64,000 bases of DNA from Phaeosaccion multiseriatum (lineage: Eukaryota > Protista > Ochrophyta, other classes). The DNA is taken from NCBI GenBank assembly GCA_965112735.1, contig OZ218963.1:1178001-1242000 (forward strand), written 5' to 3'. The position numbers and the translations under genes were made by a program. The notes under the pieces are model-generated. The model was given only the letters and a program-made list of their open reading frames with translations. It was not told the origin of the DNA and did not search any database. Shown here piece after piece: positions 1 through 29,908 of this stretch; positions within the stretch are counted from its first letter, which is position 1; every line of letters starts with the position of its first letter.

Positions 1-154
1 ATTCGACAATGGAGCGAGAAGCAGTAGCGACCTACGGAAACAGACATTTGCTGAAGAAGGGGGGCGACTGATGGGAGGTCAAGTAATTAGTGAACGTGCG
101 TGTACGATCGGAAGGTCAAGGCTGAGGGGTGTTTGGGATTAGCTCTGTGCTGCC

Positions 155-1246
155 ATGTCAGAACGGCGGGGCCGCATCGAGTATGGAAAGTGCCCCTTCT
201 GTACGGAAAGCTATCCTGTTGGGCGCACGCTCACGGAGCACGTCGAGAAGGCCCACAAAAAGTTGTTGGCGGGGGGGTCGGGCAGCACTCTCTCATCAGC
301 AAAAGATGGGCCCAAAAAGGATGGCCGACGTACCCCAGGGAGGTACGCAGGACGAGCAGCGAGACAGGAGCCTGTAGCGGAACATGGGAATGTGTCAGCA
401 GGTGCTTCTTCTGGATTGCGAGAGGGGAGGGAGTCTAAGCCCCTCTCCTCAAGTAGCAGGGGTGGGAGAGGGGATCACGCATCGAGAAAGGGACAAGAAC
501 GGGCAGCACGAGGCCGCACTTCTCTTGGGTCAAAGGCAGCTGGGAGAAGCGCAAAGAGTGGTGGCCCGGAAAATGCCAACACCAGTACCGACAAGAAGGC
601 CTTTTCGCAACCAAGTGGTGTCTTGGGGGGCAGGCGCAAAAGTCTTTCATCGTCTTCTGCCGCCGTGCCCCACTCTCCTGAGCCAAGAGGCAGATGCAGC
701 CGCAGTAGCAGCACCACCAGCGCGAGCAGCAGCAGCAGCAGCAGCAACAGACATGCGACAAAGAGAGCCCTCTCCAATCTCGACCGTCCCGCGGATCACA
801 ACATGGTATGTACCGGGGAGGGCGGGGGCGATCAAAAGCGGCGACTCCCGCGGGATAACAAGGGAGGAGACGCAGCAGTACCAGCAGCAGAAGGAGAGGG
901 AGCGGGAGCAGGGAAAACTAAGAAAAAAGCCGCCGCCAAGAAGGGGGAAAGCGCGGCTGAGAAGCTCAAGGTCAAGCTCCAGCACAATTTGCTGTATAAG
1001 TTGTCTCCTAAGACTGCACGTGGTGGTGGTAGAGGCGATGAAGGAGAAGACAGTGATGAGAATAACGAGCATCTTCAACCAAAGGGGGGGTACTACAACG
1101 GGGGGGGGGGGTTGCGAAAGAAGAAGAGTGACGACGGAACAGGAGCAGCGGCGGCGACAGAGAGGCTTCACACTCGGGCTGCTGTTGCCCCTCTGACCCC
1201 GCCAGTCAGAAAGAAGCGAGGCCGTCCGAGCAAGGCAGACATTGCT

Positions 1247-1277
<31 letters not shown>

Positions 1278-1396
1278 AGAGTGACGGAACAGGAGCAGCG
1301 GCGACAGAGAGGCTTCACACTCGGGCTGCTGTTGCCCCTCTGACCCCGCCAGTCAGAAAGAAGCGAGGCCGTCCGAGCAAGGCAGATATTGCTGCT

Positions 1397-1436
<40 letters not shown>

Positions 1437-2020
1437 AGAGTGACGGAACAGGAGCAGCGGCAACAGAGAGGCTTCACACTCGGGCTGCTGTTGCCCCTCT
1501 GACCCCGCCAGTCAGAAAGAAGCGAGGCCGTCCGAGCAAGGCAGATATTACTGTTGCTGCTGCTGTTGCTGCTGCTGCTCCTGCTGCTGCAGCTCTTGCT
1601 GCGAGGGGTGACAAGTCAGAGGGAGCACAGGGAGTGTTCAATGCTTTGCTCATCGCTGCTACTAGGGTGGCAGAGTGTGCCGAGGACATGACTGGGGATA
1701 GCAGCGATCAGGCCTTGTCTTCTTCCGCGCACTTGAATAGTAGAGTTGGAGGGACGAGGAAGCCTTGTGCTGGTCGTCCCGCCAGATTCGCAGACGGGGC
1801 GGAGGAGGACGACAACTCTGGTGTGGACATCGGAGGGTTTGAAGGGCAGGAGGGGGATATCCATCGCGGCTTTACGTCCTCGTCTCGGGGGTCACCAAGA
1901 GTCTCGGGCGCGAAGGGAAAGGAAACAGCCAAGCGGGGGCGTGGGCGAGCAGATGCGGCGGCAGCAGGAGCAGGCGTAGCAACAGCAGTACTAGGCGAGG
2001 GCGAGAGAAAGAGGAGAAAG

Positions 2021-2054
<34 letters not shown>

Positions 2055-5000
2055 CAGGAGAGCGCAGCAGTGACGAGTATGAAGCAATGATGACGTTGAG
2101 AATAAGAATGCCTTATATGAGAGAGGGCAGCAGTGAGTATGAAGCCGCCCAGACGAAGCTCAGTGAGTATGAAGCCGCCCAGACGAAGCGCAGGGCGGAG
2201 CGGGGGAAGAGAGTAAGCATGATGTTTAGAATGAGGAATATGAGAAGGGTCAGAGCGGAAAAAATCGCGTTGCGGAAGCAGGAGCTTCTGAAGCAGAAGG
2301 AGGAGCAGGAGGAGGAGGAGCAGGATGAGGAGGAGCAGCAGCCGCCGCAGTATCAGCAGGGGCAGCAAGAGCAAGACAGTGGCAGTGGCAACACGCTTTC
2401 TGTACACAGAGGGGGCGAAGAGCACCAGCAACAGCGAAGAAGCTCGGTCCTGCCACCGAGGATGAGAGGCAGCTGGAAGAGCAAGGCAGGAGGGGAGGGA
2501 GGAGGAGGGCACCAAGGGCAAGATACCAACAGCAAGTTGGAAGCCTGTACCATTGGGACTGGAAGCGACTCGGCAGTTTTCACCTCCATGGTAAGCAAGC
2601 AAGTAAGATGTTGCCTCTCTGCCAAGTCAGAGTGGTCTAAGCAAGCATGCATGAGCACCCCCAGCCATGACAACTTTGTTTTATTTGGCCTCGGTTGTTG
2701 CCTAGCTAGGAGAGACTTTCCAGCGCCTCTGTCGGTTTCGCTCCTCCTCTGCTCCCTCATTCCCCCACGGTGAAGTCTCATCCATGCAGGACTCCGGCAC
2801 GGCGTATTAAAGCAAGCAACCCCTCCCTCTCCCCCCCCCCCCTCCCTTCCTAGGTCCTGTCGACTGAGAGCTCTGTTTATGACCACGTACGCGCTCTGGA
2901 AGCGTCTCTCCTGCGGGGAAGGGGAAGGGGCGGCGGAGGGGGAGAAAGTGCGAGGACAATTTCAGAAGTAAGCTCGAAGGACTTTCTTCGCCGAAAGCAA
3001 GTGAGGGAGGCAGCGGAGGATTTTCAGGGGGGAGGTGTATATACGTCACGGCAGCCCAGGAAAGAGAGTAACGAGAGGCACCACGATTGTGCAGAGGACA
3101 AGTACGTTGGTGGGGAGGACGAAGAGGAGGACAGCAGGCCCACTGCATCTGAGGGGGGGCAGGACGTGGGCGAGGCAAGGGGGAGGGACGAGGAGGGCGG
3201 AGGGATATCGAGGAGGGGGAAGAAGAGGAGAAGGACGAGCAGCAGCGTCACTACTCTCCAAACGGACGAGGAAGGGCGCGATGAGAATGATGCATCACCA
3301 GCCGGGCAAGTGGGCGACAGCACCGGAGATGACATGTCAGTAGCAGCACCAGCACCAGCCGCACGAAGAGGAGGAGGAAGAGGGAGGGGAAGGGGGAGAG
3401 GGGGGGGCAGAGGAAGAGGGAGGGGGAGGGGGAGGGGGGGAGGAGTAGGCGTAGCACCACCAGCATCACCTCCGCCACCACCAGCAGCAGCACCAGAAGA
3501 AGGAGGAGGGAGGGGAGGAAGAGGGAGAGGGAGAGGGGGGGCAGGACGAGGGCGAGGACGAGAAGGGACGGCAGTAGACAGGAGCCCTCCTCTCGAGCGG
3601 CGCGTGGTACTGCCACGGCCTCCTCAGCTCTGTCTCCCCCAGGGCGGCGCGGAGAGCAGCCCAAGGGCCGATGGCAGGTGGTGGAGGGCTGGCGGTGACT
3701 CTGACGAGAGCGGAGACGATGATGCCCATACGACTTCTCCGTCATTTGGAAGGTCGGTCGGAGAGGACCAGTGGCAGCAGCAGCAGCAGCAGCAGCACCA
3801 GCAGCAGCAGCAGGAGGAAGAGGAGGAGGAGGAGGGGGAGGAGCGGCAGGAAGCTCACACGAGACGCGACATGGTGGGGGCACGGAGTAGCAATCCTCAA
3901 GAGGAGTATGCGCGAAAGTTTCGTGGACGCAAGGATGGTACCACTGCTGCTGCTGTAATACCGAAGCCTGTCGTCGATCCGTCTCGTTCACGGAGGGGCG
4001 GTGCCGCTGCTGTCGCGCCACCTAAGCCCGTGGATTCGGATCGCGCCGAAGTCGCCGCTTGTCTGAGAGACGCCACTCGGAGAGTGGCCATTGATCTAGT
4101 GATGGACGTGTGGGCGAGTGGGAAGAGGGCAGCCGAGGCCCAGGCGAAGGGTGAAGGCGGCGGCGTGCGGGGCACAGAAGATAGGAGACGTGGAGCAGTT
4201 GGTGGTACAGCAGCAGCAGCAGCAGCAGCAGCAGCGAAGGGAGTGGAAGAGGATAGAGGGCAAGCAACGACGACGCCGACGGCGACGACGGAGGTTGGGA
4301 TGGACACTGGCAGTACAGACAACAGCCTCAAGCAGTGGCTCAGAGACCGGGCTGTGTTGGAGATTAAGCGGAGGCAGTACCCGGAGCAGCACCACCAGCA
4401 GCAGCAGAAGCAGCAGGAGCAGGAGCAGCAGCATCAAAGAGGGGGTTTCGATCCTACCCCCGGTTTCCCTTCCTCGCGGCATCGCCCCCTTCCGCCGTCC
4501 CACCTGCACCACCACCACAACCACCACCACCACCACCAACAGCAGCAGCATCAGCAGCAGCAGCATCATCGGCAGCATCACCCACAGCACTCACCACCCC
4601 CCAAAGACTATGGGCGGCAGGAGCAGCAGGAAGCGCGTGCTCAGCAGCAGTACGCCCCAGGGCCCTCCCATCCAGACCAGGAGCCTGCCGGGTCTCGCGG
4701 GGACAGCTGGAGGGAGGGAGCTCTCAGGAGACAGCATCAGTCGGTGTTATACCACCACGCCCGGGCTTCTGCTCGTTCTTCTGCCCCGCCGGAACAAGCC
4801 TGGGCCTTCCAGGGGGGGAAGCGACATCGACCCCCAGCTGCGGGCCCTCACACTGCTGGTTCACAGGGGCCGCCGCTGCAGCACAATCACCACCAACAAC
4901 ATCAGCAGCAGCAGCAGCAGCAGCGAAACCCACACCCTCCTGCTCCGCGCCAGCAGAGGCACGAGCAGCAGCAGATACCTCCACGCCAGCAACAACGCGT

Positions 5001-5223
5001 GTCACCGCATCACCAACATGAGGAGGTAGAGCAGCAGCAGCGAAGCCATTCCTTGTCTTCGGCACGACTGCCGGCAGCAGCACCGCAAGTCGAAGAGGGT
5101 GAGAACGACGTCCAAGTGCTCTTTACGAGGAGGCCCGTGCCCTCGCCGAGAGTCGCCCACATTAGTCCATTCGAGTACAGGGAGGGAAGGAGAGGTGAGG
5201 GCGGGGACGCCTACGCCTACTCT

Positions 5224-5257
<34 letters not shown>

Positions 5258-5456
5258 GGCAGCAGCAGTATGGTCGCAATGTTGCGTATACCGGCAGCAG
5301 TCGCCACCCCGTGACGACTATGGCGCCCCAGGGGGGGCATGCGCCAATCCCACATGTGGTGGCGCAGCGTGGGGGTATGCCCGCGGCAGAGTCCTATTAT
5401 GGATCCTCCGTGACCAGGGGGCCTAACGCGCAGCAACAACTCCGCCACGCCCACAC

Positions 5457-5507
<51 letters not shown>

Positions 5508-5577
5508 GCGGCAGTTGGCGAGGGGGGGGTTCTCTTCCTCTTCTCCTGCTGCTGCTCCTCCTCAGCAGGTCGGACAT

Positions 5578-5632
<55 letters not shown>

Positions 5633-5778
5633 TGATGCCGGTCATGACCGCAGCTCGGACTCGAGAGTATTCGCTGCAGGCAGACCGGCAGCGGGCGCAG
5701 GAGGAGATGCAGGAGAACTTCATTCGACATCAGACTCTGATGCGCCAGCGCCAATCGCTTGAGCGGCACCAGCAACAT

Positions 5779-5825
<47 letters not shown>

Positions 5826-6492
5826 GGGGCACCAGCGGCAGGGGCACCAGCGGCAGGGGCACGACCAGCACGAGCGAGCGCTCCACCAGCGCCCGTCTGC
5901 GGCAAGCGGGCCTCCTTCCAGAGTAGCCACAGCTTCTTGTTACTACTCAACAGCGCCCACCCCCGCCGCTCCCTCTGGGTTTGTTTCTGGCTTTGGCTCT
6001 GGCTTTGAACCACAGCAGCCGTGCACGTCGCGTGAGCTGCCGGGCTCCAGTCTGGATCTGAAGGCGGCCATGTGCCACCCAGTCTTGGCGGCCGAATTTG
6101 GGGCGACCAAGAAGCAGCAGGACCAGGCCCGCGGTCTGGTGGAGCGTCTCGTCTTCCGCTTCAAGCACCAGGGCTTTCGAGTCAAGAAGCTGCTGCTCCT
6201 GCTGCTCCAGAGCTCTCGTCTGGGGCCTCTCGCTAGGGTCCACAGCCCATCCTGCCTGATACGTACAGAGGAGACAGCAGGACTAGGTACAGAAACGGGG
6301 TCGACGGGGTCGACATCTGTGCAGGTGAACATGATCGAGCTGGCGTACGAGCTGAGAGCAATTATATTGGAGGACGACTTTTCCGGCGACGGTGGGAGGT
6401 TGTTGGAGCAGCTGTTCACCTTCCTGCCGCTGCCTCCAGGCTTCAATCTGACGGGCCATCGTGCTGCCAACAGGAAGGGCATCACCCTTTGA
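155..6492 (+). CDS. Large (~2024 aa) low-complexity putative nuclear DNA-binding protein: N-terminal C2H2 zinc finger, 3 AT-hooks, polyQ/polyA tracts; exons 155-2590, 2854-6492
   Basis: ORFs 155-2773 and 3001-6492 join in frame through a phase-0 intron (ATG|gtaagc at 2591, cctag|GTC at 2853). Contains CPFC-x12-H-x4-H and three KKRGRPSK motifs. The true 5' end may lie further upstream. Confidence 0.75.
1124..1560 (+). repeat. Coding tandem triplication of a ~120-nt unit (SDGTGAAATERLHTRAAVAPLTPPVRKKRGRPSKADI) separated by (GCA)n
   Basis: Three near-identical copies start at about 1124, 1277 and 1437. Confidence 0.95.
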
Positions 6493-7888
6493 GCAACACT
6501 ACGAAGTGCTAGTAGTAGAATATTTCAATGGCCATCTGTGAGTTCGTGTTTTCTCAGCCAGGGAGATAAGAATGGTTGCCTCGGCCACGGCCGCGATTGG
6601 CAGCCAAGCTGAATATACTTGCTCAATGTGTTTTCACGCCCTGGACCTACCTGCCCAGCCACCCCCTCCTTTGGGGGATATCTATCTTGATCAGAGATGT
6701 GCGAAGAGTGATCGAGAAGGGGAGAGCGAGTCTGCTGCACTGGTGTCCTTGTTGTGCGCTCCGGCCGCTCACATAACGGGCCAGGGAGGCATGCACAGGC
6801 TGAAAGCCTCCTTTCTTCCTTTCTGAACCTGCACTGCCTGGTGCGGCTGCTAGCTATGTAGGTGGGGTCTTCGCTGCTCTCCGACCTCGGGGCAAGGGTA
6901 CCTGCCTTCGTACGCGCGAGTTGCTTCGTTAATGGGGTTTTATGTTTATGATAATCTGTGATTGCTATAACAAGAGGAGAGGGGGGGGGGGGCGAGAGGA
7001 GAGTTGTTAGCTAGCTTCCGGCCAAGGACAGTGACGACCCTTCCCGGAACAGTAGCCATCTAGTGGCCTACCGCTCACTCCAAGTTCTATACGATGTCCT
7101 TGCCTTAATAGACGCCACGTTGCTAATTGATGATCCTTGTCCTTGCTTACACTTGCTTGCCCCAAGTTCAATGTCCTGGCTGTATTCCTTTTCCTTATCC
7201 CTTTTGCCTCCGCCCTACACGGCCTTGTCCCTTCCCTTCTTTGCCCCCTGCACGGTCTCATATCACTCCCCTTTGCCCTCCTACACGGCCTCGCTCGTCA
7301 CTCCCCTTTGCCCCGCCCCCTAGCTAGCTAGCTACACGGCCTCGTCACCCCCCCTTGTCCCCGCACTTAGCTAGTAGTACTAGTAGTACTAAGAATTGAG
7401 AGAGAGGAGCTGAGCACGCAAGAGTGGGGATGGATGGGATGGATGGACGCACGGAGAGGAGGAGGAAGGGGAGTGGCTGGAGAGCGGAGAGTGTAAAAGA
7501 AGAGGAGAGGGAAAGGAAGAGAGGGCTCTCACTTATTCACTCACTCACTCACTCACTCACTCACTCACTCACTCACTCACTCACTCACTCAATTACCCAT
7601 GGATTTGATATTTCTTTTCTTTTCCTTTTTGTTGTATTTTTTTTTGGCAAATTATAAATTATTCCCTCACGCACGCACGCACACACAGGGAAATTGAAAC
7701 TCACATACACCCTCTTGCAACTTTCGCCCACCATCATCTTTACCTCTTCACCTCTCCCCCCCCCCCCTGTTCTTTCGTCTTCTCTCTTTGGGCATTGCGG
7801 CCTCTGCTGGGTTTCCCTTATCTGAGCGTGGTGCTTCCTCAAGAGGACTTAAGGGACAGCGGGGGAGCCTCCCCTCCCCCCTCTTGCC

Positions 7889-8687
7889 ATGGTCTTGCTC
7901 CCAGAGGCACAAGAGGAGCTTCCACTGGCGGACCCTGTTCTGACCCCTGTAGTATACCTAGAGAGAGTGTTGCCTGATGAGCTGGGAGAGGTTAAGATGC
8001 GCAAGATATTGGTGTGCCAGGAGATGGGGCTCACCATCGTGCTTACAAAGACGCTGCAAAAGGCGATTTACGGGAAGGTCAAGCAGGGCGTGGGGGTAAG
8101 TGGAAGACGAATCAAAGCACCACTTTTGCTTTGCGTTGGGGGCATTGTCTGCGTCTTTGTTCCCTCTCCTTCTTGTCGTAATCCCCCCTGCCATGGTCAT
8201 GTCAAGGTGTGGGCCGTTCTCTCCCGTCTCTCTTGGTCTGGACTGGATGCCTGCCTCCCCCGCGCTCCCTTGGCGGGGTATTATTGGTGGTTATATACTT
8301 CTCACGTCCCTGCTAGCCTCCTCCCTGCTCTGATACTCACGCTCTTCGCTGACAGATATGCCCTCTCCCTCCTTTGCCTCCCTCCCGCTCGGCGTTGATT
8401 CAATGCAAGGCGACATTGGCCGCCTCCCCAGACACCACACTGCTCTTTGGGGAGGAGCCACAGATGTACGCTGTGAAGTGCATGCCCTGGGCTACCATCC
8501 AGAGACTTAGAGCCACACACGCAGGTGCTTTACTCCGGGGAGGTTTGGTCAACATTGACCTTGTTGATCATCCTTCACACGATCTTCTTCTTCTTCTTCG
8601 CACAATCACATCACTGCTGTTTTGCGTGGACACCTCTATCTTACATCTTCCATGGCGGGTGGGGGCTATCGAGGCTCACAACTGTAG

Positions 8688-8725
<38 letters not shown>

Positions 8726-9815
8726 ACACTTGACTTGTCTGCTGCTTGTGCTTGCTGTCCGTCCTCCCTCAGAGGATCCTCTTCGAGAGGTATCAACCCT
8801 CCAGCTCCTGCAGGTGAGTGGGTGCGTGCGTGAGTGCCCACGCCCCACGCCAACACCAGGAGTTAGAGTCATGAGGGGAGCACCGCTCCGTGCCTGGTGC
8901 CTGTGCGTGGCGGCTGGGTGCTATGTGATGTATGTCCCCCTCTTCTCCTGTTGCTGATGTTCCCTTATACTCCCTCCCGTCTTACCGACCTTTGTCTTGT
9001 CCCTTGCCCCCCCTGCACTCCCTCCCACCCCCACAGAATACAGGTGGGGGCCATCCCAACGTCCTGCCTATTGTGGCGGCCTTCACTGACGCCAACTCCG
9101 TCTACATCGTCACCCCCTTTTGCGGGGGAGGGGACATCTTTGCCGCTGTGGCACCTCCCGATGGCATTGGAGCCTATCCCGAGGATGAAGCTCGCCCTCT
9201 CTTTCGTCAGATCATGAGGGGCGTGCAGCATCTGCAGCAGCGCTTCCTTTGCCACCACGACATGTCACTTGAGAACATTATCCTTGATCACTCCAAGCGG
9301 CATCCTTTTATTATGGACTTCGGCATGAGCTTGCTGGTGAGACAAGGAAGAGAAGGAGGAGTCTTGCCTTGGCATCACTAAGAGGAGTGTTGCCTTGACA
9401 AGGGAGAGAAGGAGGAGTGTTGCCTTGACATCACTAAGAGGAGTGTTGCCTTGACAAGGGAGAGAAGGAGGAGTCTTGCCTTGACATCACTGAGACAAGG
9501 AAGAGAAGGAGTGTTGGCTTGACAAGAGAGAGAGATGGAGTCTTGCCTTGACGTAAGCCTCCCACCTCTGTCACTGGAGACCCATCTGATCAAGACAACC
9601 CCCCCCCCCCTCTTCCTCTCTCTCTCCCTCTCTCTTTCTTTGTTTTCTCTCCCTCTCTCTCTCTCTCTCTCTTTATCTCCCTCTCTCTCGTTCTCTCTCT
9701 GTATGTGTCCGTCTCTCCCCCTCTTCCGATTTCTCTCCCTCTCTCTCTCCCTCCTTCCCTCTCCCTCTTTCTCTCCCCCTCTCCCTCTCTCTCTCCCTCC
9801 CTCTCTCTCCCTCCT

Positions 9816-9871
<56 letters not shown>

Positions 9872-10629
9872 TCCCTCCCTCTCTCTCCCCCTCTTTCTCT
9901 CTATGTCTGTCTTGTCGCTGACTGCAACAGGTCCCTCACGAACCAAATGGCGACCACTACTTAAGTACCCCCAACCCACGAAGGGGAAAAGTCAGTTACA
10001 TGGCGCCTGAGGTCTTCCAGGGATTGGTGAGTGTGTTGGTGATACAGAGGGAGGGAGGGAGGGAGGGAGAGGGAGGGAGGGAGGGGAGATGGGGGGGAGG
10101 AGGGACGGAGGGAGGGAGGGAGGGAGGGAGGAAGGGGGGGAAGAAAGGAGGGAGGGAGAGAAGGGCCTTTTTGCGTGGCGGATAAGCAGTTAGGCAGTAT
10201 TTAGCTGAGCCCACTCATTCAGCCGCATCAATCACTCAGTCAGCAGACTGAACACATGGAAACGCATTACAAACCAACAGGCAGGCAAGCAGGCAGACAG
10301 ATAGACAGGCAGGCAGTCAGACAGGCAGGCAGGCAGGCAGGCAGACAGGCAGGCAGACAGACAGACAGATAGACAGATAGACAGACAGGCAGGCAGACAG
10401 GCAGACAGGCAGACAGGCAGGCAGACGAGCAGACAGGCAGGCAGACAGGCAGGCAGGCAGGAGGCAGGCAGGAGGTAGGCCCACTTACCGCACCGGAGGG
10501 CTGAATATTTAGGGCCTGTGCCTTGGCCATGACGTCATAATGTTTTGTCTTCCACAAGGCGTGGTGAGGACATGACGTCATTCTGTTACCTCTCTGTTGC
10601 CTCTCTCTCTCTCTCTGTCTCTCTCTCTC

Positions 10630-10660
<31 letters not shown>

Positions 10661-11381
10661 CGTGTGTGTGTGTGTGTGTGCGTCTGTTCTCTCTCCTTTG
10701 GCATGCGGGTCTGTCGCTCTTCTCTTTCCTCTAACAGTTCGTTCGTAACTGCCTGTGACTGTTGCACTCCCTCCCTTTCCCTCTCCCCCCCCCCCCTTCC
10801 CTCTCCTCTCTCTCCAGCACCCCTACGACAGCTTCGCGACGGACGTCTTCAGTTGCGGCGCCATCCTCTTCCTCATCCTCCTGGGCTCACCCCCCTGGAG
10901 CAGCCCTGCCCCCACCGATCGCCTGTTTGAGTGCATCACTGGGGGCAATCTTGCCACTCTGTTGGCGAGTTGGGGTCGAACGCTGAGCCCACAGGCCACA
11001 AGTCTCATGCAGTGGATGCTTCTCTACGACCCCAGGAGGAGACCAACAGTACAGCAGGTCAGCAACTCAGTAAAGCAGGATGAAGGATGAAGGATGAAGG
11101 AGAAAGCACGATAAAAGTACACGCACGCACCCACGCAAGGAGGGCCTCCCCACGCACGCACCCACGTGTACATACACTCATAACTGCCTGTTGCGACGAA
11201 CTTTCCAAGCAACCTTCATCAGCAAGCTTCTGTGGGTGCTGTTGTTTGTTCTGTCTGTGCCCTGCCTGAATCTCACCCCTCCACCCTTCCCACTGTACTG
11301 CTGCTCTGGGATGATTCACCGTATCACCAACAGGTCCTGGCACACGAGTGGATGCAAGAAGCCCCTACTTTGACTGCTTGA
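7889..11381 (+). CDS. Ser/Thr protein kinase, CAMK-like, HxDxSLEN type; exons approx. 7889-8095, 8356-8524, 8773-8813, 9037-9336, 9931-10026, 10818-11057, 11334-11381
   Basis: Spliced frame gives AIYGKV, YAVK, EDPLRE, HPNV, HHDMSLEN, DFG, GKVSYMAPE, DVFSCG and DPRRRPTVQQVLAHEWM. All introns are GT-AG. Confidence 0.9.
9337..9552. repeat. Degenerate intronic tandem repeat (GAGAAGGAGGAGTSTTGCCTTGACA-type units)
   Basis: Several copies directly after the kinase donor site at 9337. Confidence 0.85.
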
Positions 11382-11862
11382 AGTGATTTGATTTGATTTG
11401 GTCCATTCCTATGATATATACCTTTATTTGACCTGGCCTTGACTTTCTTTGGGCAGCGCCTGTGATTTTTGTTTTTGTCGACGGGAGATGTCGAAGGTGT
11501 CATGGTGTTCATGCCTCCTTTCCTCCTCCTGTGTAGGTGTAGCAAGTAAGTACTACTTACGTAAGTAGGTTATAGGAGCCCTTCCTCCTCCCACCGCCCT
11601 GGGGCAGGGGCGGGGACAGATTTACTGACTGGGAGGTGATGGAGGCGCCCTCCCTCTCTCCTCTGGGCTGTGTGTGGGCTGTGTGCGCGACGCACAGGAA
11701 TGAATTTATAAATAACAACAACGCAAATAATACTTCGAAGCAAAACTGAAACTGTTCTGTTTTCATGTTTTCATTGGTTCACAGGACAGCTTGTTGGTTC
11801 GTTCGCTCGTTCGACCGACCTACCGATCAACCTTCCATCCAGCAGCCCGCCCCCGCGTCCGT

Positions 11863-28702
<16,840 letters not shown>

Positions 28703-28850
28703 TTCGCAGGCACAGGCGGGCGGAGAGGGAGAAAACAAAGAAGAGGACGTCCCGGTGGATCTTTTAGAGGAGTAGAGTGCCATCGAGAATTTCAGTTTCC
28801 CCCTGCCGGCGGTTGAGGGCGTGCCCTAATACCACCCAGTAATAAGAGCG
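28703..28850. promoter_or_regulatory. Putative bidirectional promoter NUP160/IFT27
   Basis: Only ~148 bp separate the divergent start codons. Confidence 0.6.
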
Positions 28851-29908
28851 ATGGCGATGGCGTTGGATGGCGATAGATCGGGCCTTCGGTCCATGGAGAG
28901 CCTCCACAAGCCAATTCTCGTGCTGCGAGCGAAGGTTGCGATCGTTGGCGACGCGTGTGTGGGCAAAAGCGCCTTGAGTCAGATGCTGCACACGGGGGGG
29001 CAAAACTATCCCAAGAACTACGTCATGGTACGTGGGCGGTGCTGCTGTCCCGCTCGCCCCGCCCCGCCCCGCACCCTCTTTCCCTTCCCCCTTTCCTCCT
29101 CCTGCCTGCCCCCTCCTCCCTCATGCATCTCACGTCGCATCATGATCCTACCTACCGGCACTCGAAAACATCACACACACACACACACACAGACCATTGG
29201 CGTGGACTTTAACGTGAAGGCGCTCACCCTGCCCGACACCAACACGCAAGTAGAGCTCTACATGTTCGACTGCGCGGGACAGTCTATATTCAACCAGCTC
29301 GACCAGAACGAGCGCTTCTGGCAGAACTCCTCCTTCGTTTGCCTTGTGTACGACGTTAGCAACCGCGCTTCGTTCGAGAGCCTTGGCAAGTGGTTGCAGG
29401 GGGTGAGGGCCACCCGCCCGTCGTCAAGTATGCCCCTGCCGGGAGTGCTCGTGGCGAATAAGAGCGACCTGAGAGAAGGTAAGTGTGCTCCGTTTGTGGG
29501 AACGAGTTGGAGCATTTTCAGAGTTTAGAGGGGTTAGCTTTTTCTCTTGCTAACGATATCCGGTATCTCTTGAATCTTTCCGAAGGTGGCCTGTCGTCGC
29601 GGGCAGTGGTGGAAGTGGAGGAAGGCCAACGGTTTGCAGCTGACAATGGGTGAGTGCGGGCAGAGCGTATGGCCTGTTCCTGTTTGGCCAGAGGTTTAAG
29701 CAAACACTTCTCTCACAGCAAAGCCTGCCTGTTTCTTTTTGTTCTGTTTCCGTCGTGTAAGCACAGGCTACAGTACTTTGAAGCCTCCGCAGCTCGCGGT
29801 GAGGGAGTGAACGAGCCATTCATGTGGATAGCAAAGGAGTTCCATTCGACCTACGAGGCCACAGTAATACAAGCCAAGAGGGTAGCCAATGGCTCATCAG
29901 GCTACTAA
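28851..29908 (+). CDS. IFT27: Intraflagellar transport protein 27 (Rab-like GTPase RABL4); exons 28851-29027, 29193-29478, 29586-29649, 29767-29908
   Basis: LRAKVAIVGDACVGKSAL, YPKNYVM|TIGVDF, VELYMFDCAGQ, PGVLVANKSDL and YFEASA; no C-terminal prenylation Cys. The start could also be ATG 28893. Confidence 0.92.

Noticed and set aside
28851-29908. Assignment as a canonical Rab GTPase
   Set aside because: No WDTAGQE (it has FDCAGQS) and no prenylation motif; YPKNY.MT points to IFT27.
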